DNA of 64,000 nt from a virus. The notes beneath the pieces were generated by a model. That model saw only the letters and a list, made by a program, of their open reading frames with translations, was not told the DNA's origin and did not search any database. The stretch's first letter is position 1; each line of letters opens with the position of its first letter. This document shows positions 55,772-64,000 of the stretch, one piece after another. The stretch lies in IMG/VR virus record IMGVR_UViG_3300001918_000004. One strand, given 5' to 3'. A program made the position numbers and the translations under genes.

Positions 55772-56181
55772 ACCTAACCTCAACTCGCAAATGCTTTTTT
55801 AAAAGGATTACTAATATTCCTTAATTAAAGGGAGAGTCATTTTATTTCATCCTTAACGCAATAATCTACGGACTATTACAGATGGACGATGTACTGGTGA
55901 GCCGCTGCTTACAGGTTGGGTATCCCCCCTCGACATTCACGCCCCTTCATGACTCGGTAATCATTACTCAGCGTTCACGGCTGTACCCGCTCCTTCGTCA
56001 TTGGATAGTGTGCTTACGCACTTCTCTCAGGAGACATACACGCTATAGACCCGACCAGATTTGCGTGTACGGGACGGAGTTAACATTACGTCGGGGTTAG
56101 CTTCTCCGTAACTATAAGATAGCACCGCACATGTCGAAATAACTGCCAAAAATATACACATTGCTAGGATATGTATAAGTT

Positions 56182-56685
56182 ATGCGTGTTTTCTATACAG
56201 GTTGTGGCATGAAAGCGTCTAGGTATCAAAAGCGGTATTTACGCAAACTCAAACAAATGCTCACACCGCAGCAGAACCGTGAGTTGATTGCATTAAACAA
56301 AGCAACAGCGCAATGGCATCGTGACATGTTTCCAAATCAAAAACCACGCTTTCGTATTGGGCACGACGTCAATCATGTGTACGCCCGACACAAAAACCTG
56401 CCTGGTTATCGAGCGTTTGAAGGTGTTACTCCGATGCACGAACGTCACGTGTCAGGCTTAGAGCGTGCGTACGAACTCGGTAGTGCTGCACGGAATCCGC
56501 TGCACGCAGACGCATTAGCCTCTATGCGAACAGATCCTATCTACAACGCTAGAGATGCGTTACACCGTTTAGCTGTTAGTCGGCAACATCCTGCGCTGTA
56601 TCACGGTAAAGTGCCGTCACGTAAGAAAGATAAGCTCGGACACATGCGCTTTAGAGGCAAAGATGCCTACTTTATGTGGCGTTAA
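56182..56685 (+). CDS. Stand-alone GHDxxH domain paralogue
   Basis: LIALNKATAQWHR..RIGHDVNH..HERHVSGLE..LHRLAVSRQ. Confidence 0.6.
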   Translation: MRVFYTGCGMKASRYQKRYLRKLKQMLTPQQNRELIALNKATAQWHRDMFPNQKPRFRIGHDVNHVYARHKNLPGYRAFEGVTPMHERHVSGLERAYELGSAARNPLHADALASMRTDPIYNARDALHRLAVSRQHPALYHGKVPSRKKDKLGHMRFRGKDAYFMWR

Positions 56686-59405
56686 GTGATGATTTGCAGC
56701 CCACGACGAGAGTTAACTGGCGGTAAGAATCGTCCGTAAGACACAGATACAGTTTGAGACGAAACAACATCTTCGTTTGTGACATCTTGCCGAGGCACAA
56801 AGATACGCTCGACGACTTCAATCTCTCGTTTACGGAAACACCCAACGCCGATGTTAGTGGACTGACATTGTGCAGCGATGTCACCCAACGGATCTATTCC
56901 GTCAAACCGAATTGCAAATTGGTTTGTTGTGACACGTAATACTCCTTCTTCTGCGCGAGGTCTTAGCTCTGGTATGTCTGTAATGTTCAGATAATCACCT
57001 GGACGCAAATACTCGTGCATCCCAAACAGCGTTAAGTTTGACGTTTTAAAGTCCTGCCAGTGACGAATACTTAGGTCTGTCTCGACGGCAACTTTAGCTT
57101 TGGCATACGAAGTGGTCGGATACGAGCCTAAATTCTCACCGTCCTGTTGTGTCTTATCGATGTCTCCGACGTAGCGATAGTTGTCATAATCTTTGCTACG
57201 CACATACCACAGATACCGTGGCGGCAAACGCAAACTTGCGTCTAGCAACACGTAATCCGGCGCAATAATTGTCGGCGCAGGTGGACGACCGACGTTTTCA
57301 GAGGAACGTGTGTTTAAAATAGCTGTGCGTGCATCCGGGCCTTGATATTTAACCTCTCGGATGAACTCGTTGTACATCTCAAACGGTTCCTCCCGTTGTT
57401 GTCCCGTGCGTGGATCTGTGACGCGACGAGTAGTGTTGCGAAGTTCTCGACGTACACGGTACGAGTCATACGAACCGCTGTGTAATTTAGGTCGATCTTC
57501 TAACGCCTCAATCTCAGCCAGTCGTCTAACGATGTCAATAATGGCTGGATCTGGGGGTTCCTCTTCCGGGTTATCCCCGAATGGGTTTTCAGACGTTACA
57601 TCAAACTCGGATTGCAGTCTCTCTTCTAAGTACAGCCGCTCAGTTTCCCGTTGAAATTGAACCATGATCTGATCCGGGTTGTTGCGGGGTCTGCCTGCTC
57701 CACCGCTCTCACGCACTTCTTCTGCAACGTACATAGGCGGAACCCAGGCCGGATTAATCCAACCGACGTATGCAAAGCCCTGCGAATCCACGGTCATAAG
57801 TGACGCTAACGATTCTGCAAACACACCCGGACGCACGCGAAACACACTAAACGGCAAGTTACGGTTTGGAGGTTCTGGGTATGCTACGGCGTCGATAGTG
57901 CCTCTAGATGTTGTGCGTTGCGTGGTGTAATCCATCAACTCTGCTTTTGCACGCAGCATTTTGATTTCGGCTTCCATTAACGCCTTTTCATACCGCAAAC
58001 GTCGTGTTTCTTCGTCGTCTTCTTCGCCTATTGCTTGAGAAATGTCCCACGTCATTTTTTGAATCAAAGACTGTTTCTCTTCGATTAGGTTTTCTACGAC
58101 CTGTAAATCTCGACCCAGCGCATTACTTTCGGAGATGTAGCGGAACCAGTTGATTGTCGTAGATGTAATTCCAGACAAGATTTGCAGACCGATGTTAAAC
58201 ACAGGCAGTCCAAATCTAGTTTCTGGTGGGAGTTGTATCGCAGAGTCGATTAGAAATACAGGTACAACTTCACCTGTGCGTGCTCGTACTGTCGCAAACG
58301 GACGAGAGATAGACAGTGGTGCGTATTCATAACGCACAAATGACACACTAATAGGTTGCCAACGTGCCCAATTAACGTCGGCGGTTCGCATCGTAAAGAT
58401 GTAGGAAAGGACGTCGGTCGTTTCTTGAACCAACGCCCCATTAGAAAATAGGCTTTCACGGAACGTCAAGGTAGGGCCAGCTTGTTCACCAGTCAGAAAG
58501 GGTGACTTAGCACTGTTGTCTTGGAATAGCTCACGCCCACTTAAGTCGCCGCTGCGTAAGAAATAACTCGGTAACACGTTTCTGACGTATTGCGGTGACG
58601 ACAGTAATCCTTCATCTGCTTCTTCTTGATCGAAGGTTTCGTACAGCACACCGACCGTAGCTCGACGGAATACAAACGGCGTGTTTTGTTGGATGGGGAA
58701 CTGATACACCACATCCCAACTCGACATCGTGTAGCTATTGCCCCACATTAACTCCCGAGCATACACCGCATCAGGTTGCGTGTAATCTGCGTAGCATCCG
58801 TTTATCCGCAGATACGACTGCATTTGTCCGTTGAATGATGTAAACACTTCTCCGGTTAAGTCGTTAGCATCTGGCAGACGTACCAAGATATTCGGGCCAC
58901 GGTACGGCACATCTAACGACTGCGATAACTCTGTCAACGAGACACGCTTCCGCAAGTAAGTTTCGATGCTGTTGTTGACCTGTGACAGCAGCAAGGTTCG
59001 TCCACCGAGTAGCTCCCACTTAGAGCGAAACTGAATCGTTAAGGAATGTCGGGTTATGTTTTGACCATTAACGATGTCAGATTGCAGATTTTCGGAGTAG
59101 GAGTACACCAGAAACGGTACGCCGTAAAACGTAAACTCTTTATTGATTCGAGCGTAAAACGCCTTGTAAGCAGACAGGTCTTTTGGATGGATGTTTTCTA
59201 TGTTTAATGCAGCAGCAGGAAAGCCTTCTAAACTCATCGACATTTGAAAGCCGCCTGACAAAATAGGCATCGCCGCAAATGCAGTTAGCTTACTCGCAGG
59301 CACTTTGGTTGTACGAATGTGACTACCGTCAGGCGCAGTGGGCGGGACATACGTGTTTAGACGTACGTTGCGGCGTATTTTGAAGACTAAGACTCTCGAA
59401 GACAT
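56682..59405 (-). CDS. Large putative tail/baseplate structural protein
   Basis: 907 aa, beta-rich, in the operon downstream of the tape-measure-like gene; no specific motif recognised. Confidence 0.45.
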   Translation of the reverse strand: MSSRVLVFKIRRNVRLNTYVPPTAPDGSHIRTTKVPASKLTAFAAMPILSGGFQMSMSLEGFPAAALNIENIHPKDLSAYKAFYARINKEFTFYGVPFLVYSYSENLQSDIVNGQNITRHSLTIQFRSKWELLGGRTLLLSQVNNSIETYLRKRVSLTELSQSLDVPYRGPNILVRLPDANDLTGEVFTSFNGQMQSYLRINGCYADYTQPDAVYARELMWGNSYTMSSWDVVYQFPIQQNTPFVFRRATVGVLYETFDQEEADEGLLSSPQYVRNVLPSYFLRSGDLSGRELFQDNSAKSPFLTGEQAGPTLTFRESLFSNGALVQETTDVLSYIFTMRTADVNWARWQPISVSFVRYEYAPLSISRPFATVRARTGEVVPVFLIDSAIQLPPETRFGLPVFNIGLQILSGITSTTINWFRYISESNALGRDLQVVENLIEEKQSLIQKMTWDISQAIGEEDDEETRRLRYEKALMEAEIKMLRAKAELMDYTTQRTTSRGTIDAVAYPEPPNRNLPFSVFRVRPGVFAESLASLMTVDSQGFAYVGWINPAWVPPMYVAEEVRESGGAGRPRNNPDQIMVQFQRETERLYLEERLQSEFDVTSENPFGDNPEEEPPDPAIIDIVRRLAEIEALEDRPKLHSGSYDSYRVRRELRNTTRRVTDPRTGQQREEPFEMYNEFIREVKYQGPDARTAILNTRSSENVGRPPAPTIIAPDYVLLDASLRLPPRYLWYVRSKDYDNYRYVGDIDKTQQDGENLGSYPTTSYAKAKVAVETDLSIRHWQDFKTSNLTLFGMHEYLRPGDYLNITDIPELRPRAEEGVLRVTTNQFAIRFDGIDPLGDIAAQCQSTNIGVGCFRKREIEVVERIFVPRQDVTNEDVVSSQTVSVSYGRFLPPVNSRRGLQIIT

Positions 59406-60190
59406 TAGCTTTCTCGCATCGGTAAAAACGTGTCGTAATTCGTCACGGTGTATTCAGACGCATTTGCTGTGTGAGTGGCGTTATTAAATCCTACTGTTTT
59501 GCTGAAGAGTTCCGGCTCGTCTGTCGTAGCGACAAACACTTCACCGATGCGTTCAGCAGGTAACGTCACATCTACAACAGCCGTCGCTGCTAACTCATTC
59601 GGATACAGTCGAGCGTCACCTAAATGCAGGTACAGCAACGAGCCTAGTCGGACGAATTGTTTTGCGCTTAATGCAGACACGCTGCTGCCTTCCACAAACA
59701 ACACGCCTCCCGCAGAAATCTCTGTTACCGTGCCGTTTGGGGCAGCAGTTGTGATGATGTTGTTTTTGTGTGTAGTTGTGTCTAACGCCAATGAAACACC
59801 TTTTTGAGCGTTAACGCCGGTCAAAACATCTCCAGACGTGCCGAACACAATCGCTTCTTCGGGCGAGAGAACATACGCAAACGGATATGTGCCGTATTCT
59901 GGATGTTCCGAATCAAACAACGCCGCAACCTCTGGATCACCTAAATCCTGTAGCGGCAACCCGTCAGTGAAGCGCAACACGCCCAAGGTATTCTCGACAC
60001 GCCATAACCACAGTTCGACTTCAACCGTGTCACCCACATAAATAGGCGGATTTGGATCTGCTTTACGCAGCCAGGCCAGGCTGTGCGTCGCCAAGTCCGG
60101 GTTCGGTTTAACCGAGAACGATGTTTTAGATCTAAAACCACTGCTTTGCCGAAGCTCTTGCTGTGGTGGGGTAGCCACCAACCAACTCAT
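59405..60190 (-). CDS. Putative structural protein
   Basis: Beta-rich 261-aa ORF translationally coupled to the 907-aa gene. Confidence 0.45.
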   Translation of the reverse strand: MSWLVATPPQQELRQSSGFRSKTSFSVKPNPDLATHSLAWLRKADPNPPIYVGDTVEVELWLWRVENTLGVLRFTDGLPLQDLGDPEVAALFDSEHPEYGTYPFAYVLSPEEAIVFGTSGDVLTGVNAQKGVSLALDTTTHKNNIITTAAPNGTVTEISAGGVLFVEGSSVSALSAKQFVRLGSLLYLHLGDARLYPNELAATAVVDVTLPAERIGEVFVATTDEPELFSKTVGFNNATHTANASEYTVTNYDTFLPMRES

Positions 60191-60193
60191 GCT

Positions 60194-61567
60194 CTACCTC
60201 CGTGAACGGGAGCGAGACCGAGAAAACGGAACGAACTGTGTTCGAGGCGGTGCGCTAAACGGTGCGGTGGTTTGATTACGGTTCGCAAGTCGGCGCAACC
60301 GAATTTCCATGGCTAACGCCGGATCACGGGGAACTCTGCGTAAATCCCGCAAGCTTAAGGGTTGTGCGTATTGGGGTGAAAACTCTTCCGACCAAGGCTG
60401 CACAGCACCGGCCTGCATCCGTTCCACAGCTTGCTGCTCACGGCTTTGGCGTAGGCGTTGCTGCTGTGCTGGCGTTAGGTAGTTTTGATCTACATTGGCT
60501 GCTGGTGGAATGTTTTGCGTTTGTGCCGGACGATACCAGTTTCCACCACTCTGTCTTCCACTAGGAAATGCGGCTTCAGGTAATAGTTCTTGAGGTTGCC
60601 ACCGTCCTGGTGCAACCATGGGTGAACGTGGTCTTTGTCGTGTAGCAGCGGGAGCCGCTTGCGGTAAAGCTGTGTTTGATACACGAACTGCTGGGACATC
60701 AATCGTTATCGGTTCACGCACCGCAACGCGGTTAGGGGGCATGCGTTGTGCAGGTGCGGCCATGGCCACGCCAGACATCGGCAGTGCCGGAGAGCCTTCA
60801 TCAAAACCGCGCATGTTTTGATACGCCGGAGCAGCTTGTTGTGGTTGTGGTTGTGGGGGTCTTTGGGCTTGTGAGGTAATCGGAGCAGCTACAGAGGTGC
60901 GACGTGCAGGGCGTACAGGTAGCTGCGGCTCGTCAAGCCACGGATCTGGTACAGGCTGTCTCTGCCTAGATGCGGGTTGCTGTGCTTGACGTGCCGGTTG
61001 TAGGTTTTGATTCCATGGAGCAGTTTGCGGCGTAAACTCCATGGTGCGTCTGTTGCGTTGAATGAGATCGTTTAAGCTTAATGCCGGAGCTTCTGCTGCC
61101 GGTGCTTGCGCGACTTGTCTAGGTTGTCGTGGGGCAGTTACACGATTCCACCAAGACCGTACCCGTGAACGAATCCGCCCAGGTTGGCGTTGTTGGGTTT
61201 GTTGTTGATTTGCGACGTTCGTGTTGGTGGGGTTCGTCGTAGCTGCGTTGGATGAGGTTGCAGCGACGCTGGCAGGCGGAGAACCGGCTCCAGGCATAGA
61301 TTGCACAGGAGAATCTGCTGCCATTACTTCGGCTTTAGCGGGTGCTGCGGCATCCTTTGCACTGTCAGCAGCTTTTGCAGCTTGACGGCGTTTGTACCAT
61401 TTTCGTGCGCCGTACCCACCTAACGCCAACGCACCTACACCTAACCCCGCAACAGCTAAGTTGCGTAACGTGTTGTCTTCACGCCGAGGCTGTGGGGGAA
61501 CTTGATCCACGTAAGGATCGACTGCCGTGTTAAATCTTGCGTACCTGTGGTCAATAAGCCTGGGCAT
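60194..61567 (-). CDS. Low-complexity Pro/Gln/Ala/Arg-rich protein with an N-terminal Gly-rich TM-like segment
   Basis: LAVAGLGVGALALGGYGARKW followed by a long low-complexity, probably disordered region. Confidence 0.6.
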   Translation of the reverse strand: MPRLIDHRYARFNTAVDPYVDQVPPQPRREDNTLRNLAVAGLGVGALALGGYGARKWYKRRQAAKAADSAKDAAAPAKAEVMAADSPVQSMPGAGSPPASVAATSSNAATTNPTNTNVANQQQTQQRQPGRIRSRVRSWWNRVTAPRQPRQVAQAPAAEAPALSLNDLIQRNRRTMEFTPQTAPWNQNLQPARQAQQPASRQRQPVPDPWLDEPQLPVRPARRTSVAAPITSQAQRPPQPQPQQAAPAYQNMRGFDEGSPALPMSGVAMAAPAQRMPPNRVAVREPITIDVPAVRVSNTALPQAAPAATRQRPRSPMVAPGRWQPQELLPEAAFPSGRQSGGNWYRPAQTQNIPPAANVDQNYLTPAQQQRLRQSREQQAVERMQAGAVQPWSEEFSPQYAQPLSLRDLRRVPRDPALAMEIRLRRLANRNQTTAPFSAPPRTQFVPFSRSRSRSRR

Positions 61568-61611
61568 ACTATAACCGCGTAAATCTGTGTCTATCTTAAC
61601 GATAGCTGCAA

Positions 61612-62073
61612 TTAACTCCAGGTTGCGTTGTTAGATACAACAGCGACACGCAGAAAGTCGTAGTACGTCACTCCGTTAGAGATGAAGGATTCTCCCGGAT
61701 CTATCCGAGACAAGATCCCGTTGACTAACGCATAGCCATGCAGGTTTGGTGCGTTGATGTACGTCGGCAACTCTTTGTTGAGCAGCGCATTGAATTGGTT
61801 GGATTGGAACTGACGTAAATCATTTAACACGTCATTTGTTAGCGCAAACTCGCACGTACCGTACAGCACTAAATTAAATGCGTTTTGACCAAACGCCAGC
61901 CCTTGCAGCACTCGAGTGCGTCCGTCTCTGATTAAGTAAGCTTGTTCGTTTGATTTGGTTTTTTGGATGTCGTCAACGCCGATAACAAACCGATAGCTGA
62001 ACGGCTGTCCTGTCGATCTAGTACCGGCAATAGTCAGTGTAGGTGCAACGGAATTAGCGTAGGAAACTGTCAT
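61612..62073 (-). CDS. Putative tail protein downstream of the tape measure (Dit-like position)
   Basis: 153-aa beta-rich ORF; the call rests on position only. Confidence 0.4.
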   Translation of the reverse strand: MTVSYANSVAPTLTIAGTRSTGQPFSYRFVIGVDDIQKTKSNEQAYLIRDGRTRVLQGLAFGQNAFNLVLYGTCEFALTNDVLNDLRQFQSNQFNALLNKELPTYINAPNLHGYALVNGILSRIDPGESFISNGVTYYDFLRVAVVSNNATWS

Positions 62074-62076
62074 GGA

Positions 62077-64000
62077 TTAAGACCCGATGTTACTGCGGTT
62101 GTTAGCGGTACGCAACGCTCCGGTTAATGTTTTTATCGTACCCCGATCCATTTCGTCCCAATTAAGCTCAGTCCGTGACGCCCGTTGATCCGGCGTTTCC
62201 GCAGCTTGTTCTGGTTCTTTGTCTGCGATTGACTGCAAGGTGTCGTAGATCTTCTCCGTTGTGGTTACTAGCTTTGCGGTGTTATCCACGACCGCAGCTT
62301 GTAACGCCGCCAGTTTGTCTGTCCGGGCGTTAAAGTCTGCGGCGTTGCGTTCACGGTGTTCTTTTTGCTGCTGCGTTTCGACTTCTGGAGCTTTACCTAA
62401 CAGCGTTGTCACGTAAGCACCAATATCCCCAATCGCAGCGGAGCCTGCTTGTGCAGGTGCGGGTGCGTCATCTGGACGTCCAGGCACTCGTCGAGTCACT
62501 GGAGCTACGGCCGGTACAACCCGCTGTTCAGGGCGAACTTGTGTCCGAGGTACAGTTGCTTGCGGGGTTGATCTGGGAACTTGCGTGTTACCTAAGTTGT
62601 ATTCGCCGGAAGCTAACAGGTCTGCCAGTGTCCGAGGTGCTCGATTTAATACCGGATCATCTGGAGACACTGTGACCAACGGAGCTAACGGCTCCCACTC
62701 CGGTCTTGGGTTTGTAATTGGGTTTTCTAAATCCAACGCCCGTTGTCCGGGTCGGATCAAACGAGTTTCATGTGTTGACGCAATCCGATTTGCCGCATTA
62801 TCCCGAATGGTCTGAGCATCGGCTTCCATGTCACCTGTAAACCGAGCGTTATCGCTGGTATCGAAGGTTCGGACAACTTCTTCTCGGGTTTGTTCTCGCA
62901 GTCTGTTGCGTTGTTGTTGGATGGCTCCTTCTAAGATTCGAGCAGCCTGACGCTGACCTGCTCTACCTCGCTGTGATCCAGCCACAGCAGCTTCCGCCAA
63001 CGCTAGTTCAGTCGCTTGACGGTCTTCCCGCATTCGCTGCTCTCGCTCGAAATTCGCACGTTGGGCTTCTTCGTCCCGCACAAACAAGCCAGCCATTTCT
63101 TCCTGCTTCGTAAGCAGTCTGTCGTACATCGACAGCTTGGCCTCGGCCTGGGCTAACTCTTCTTCGGTGACGCCTTTCGTGTTAGCTAAACGCTGCAACT
63201 CTAACGCTGCAACTTCTCGCTCAGTTTCCAACTTGATTTTGGCGATATTTAGCTCGATTTTTTGACGCTCTAGCAAGATGTCGAATTGAGCACGTTCTGC
63301 TTCAAGCATCTCTTGCTCAAGTTTGTGGCGTTCTAGTGTAATCTCATACTCGAGTTTGGCCGCTTCACCGGCGATGTTCCCGCCAAACGGTTGTTGTCCT
63401 CGGGGTAAGTTACCGGCGACGCCTTGTAATGCACCGAACAGCGACGTTAAATTACCTTGCGTTGACGCTATGGCATTGAGTCGGCTTTGAGCATCTAACA
63501 AGTCTTTGTTTAACCGAGCCTGAGTTTTTTCTCGATCCTCGAATAGCTCGTTAATCTGCTTGTCCAATTGGTATTCGAGTCGTTTGAGACGAATGCGTTC
63601 CTCGTCTAAACTGCGGAGTCGCTGTTGCGTGGTTTGTTGCTGCTCTAACGCTCTCAGATTTTCCTGAGCCTCATTCACTCCTATGGTTGCGGCTCGATAG
63701 GCGTCTCTAATTTCCTGTTCTTGTGCAGGCGTTCTCGGAAGTTTTTGCAGAGCGTCTCTGGTTTCAGTGTAGGTTTTTTGAAGTTCCTGTAAGGCTTCTT
63801 CGGTGAGTTCTAGCGTTTGATTCTTAGCTGCAACCACGTTCGCCTGGAACAAATCTAAAGCCTGTTGGAGTTCGGCTACTTCCTTATCGGTTATAGGAGC
63901 AGTTTCTCTTGCTTTCAAAATAGCTGTAGCTGCGGTGTAGGTTTGCTGAAGCTCTGCTTTAACGTCAGGGTCGATCAAACTGTTGTTTAATAGGGCGGCT
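62077..64000 (-). CDS. C-terminal part of a tape-measure-like coiled-coil protein (5' end outside the window)
   Basis: Frame stays open to the window edge; long E/Q/A/L heptad coiled coils. Confidence 0.55.
   Translation of the reverse strand, partial: AALLNNSLIDPDVKAELQQTYTAATAILKARETAPITDKEVAELQQALDLFQANVVAAKNQTLELTEEALQELQKTYTETRDALQKLPRTPAQEQEIRDAYRAATIGVNEAQENLRALEQQQTTQQRLRSLDEERIRLKRLEYQLDKQINELFEDREKTQARLNKDLLDAQSRLNAIASTQGNLTSLFGALQGVAGNLPRGQQPFGGNIAGEAAKLEYEITLERHKLEQEMLEAERAQFDILLERQKIELNIAKIKLETEREVAALELQRLANTKGVTEEELAQAEAKLSMYDRLLTKQEEMAGLFVRDEEAQRANFEREQRMREDRQATELALAEAAVAGSQRGRAGQRQAARILEGAIQQQRNRLREQTREEVVRTFDTSDNARFTGDMEADAQTIRDNAANRIASTHETRLIRPGQRALDLENPITNPRPEWEPLAPLVTVSPDDPVLNRAPRTLADLLASGEYNLGNTQVPRSTPQATVPRTQVRPEQRVVPAVAPVTRRVPGRPDDAPAPAQAGSAAIGDIGAYVTTLLGKAPEVETQQQKEHRERNAADFNARTDKLAALQAAVVDNTAKLVTTTEKIYDTLQSIADKEPEQAAETPDQRASRTELNWDEMDRGTIKTLTGALRTANNRSNIGS

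Noticed and set aside
55790-56180. Group I/II intron or hammerhead ribozyme
   Set aside because: No catalytic core consensus was found, and the region does not interrupt a gene

Overview
The window looks like part of a large lytic phage genome, most likely a cyanophage. Cyanobacterial signs are an NblA-like gene, a cyanobacterial-type class II RNR, and cyanobacterial-type primase and lysin domains. From about 50.6 kb down to 1 kb the genes form one dense minus-strand block. It runs from small early genes and two non-canonical tRNA-like RNAs, through an accessory/anti-defence region, to recombination genes (Sak4-like, SSB, exonuclease), replication genes (split primase, AAA helicase, PolA, divergent beta-clamp-like protein) and nucleotide-metabolism genes (NrdJ with 3 inteins, PduO-like cobalamin adenosyltransferase, dUTPase, ThyX). 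From 51.1 kb onward lie a terminase-small-subunit-like gene, basic candidate internal virion proteins and the 3' part of a tail module. The standout is a complete phage-encoded ubiquitin-like conjugation operon at 35.1-43.5 kb: Ubl, E1/ThiF, JAB protease and six tandem E2-like paralogues. Other notable items are a Csx15-like protein, a DUF2829/Tad2-like protein, a free-standing splicing-dead intein-like gene, and the two tRNA-like RNAs with a 10-bp arm in place of the anticodon arm. All family assignments come from motif recognition by eye; no database searches were run.
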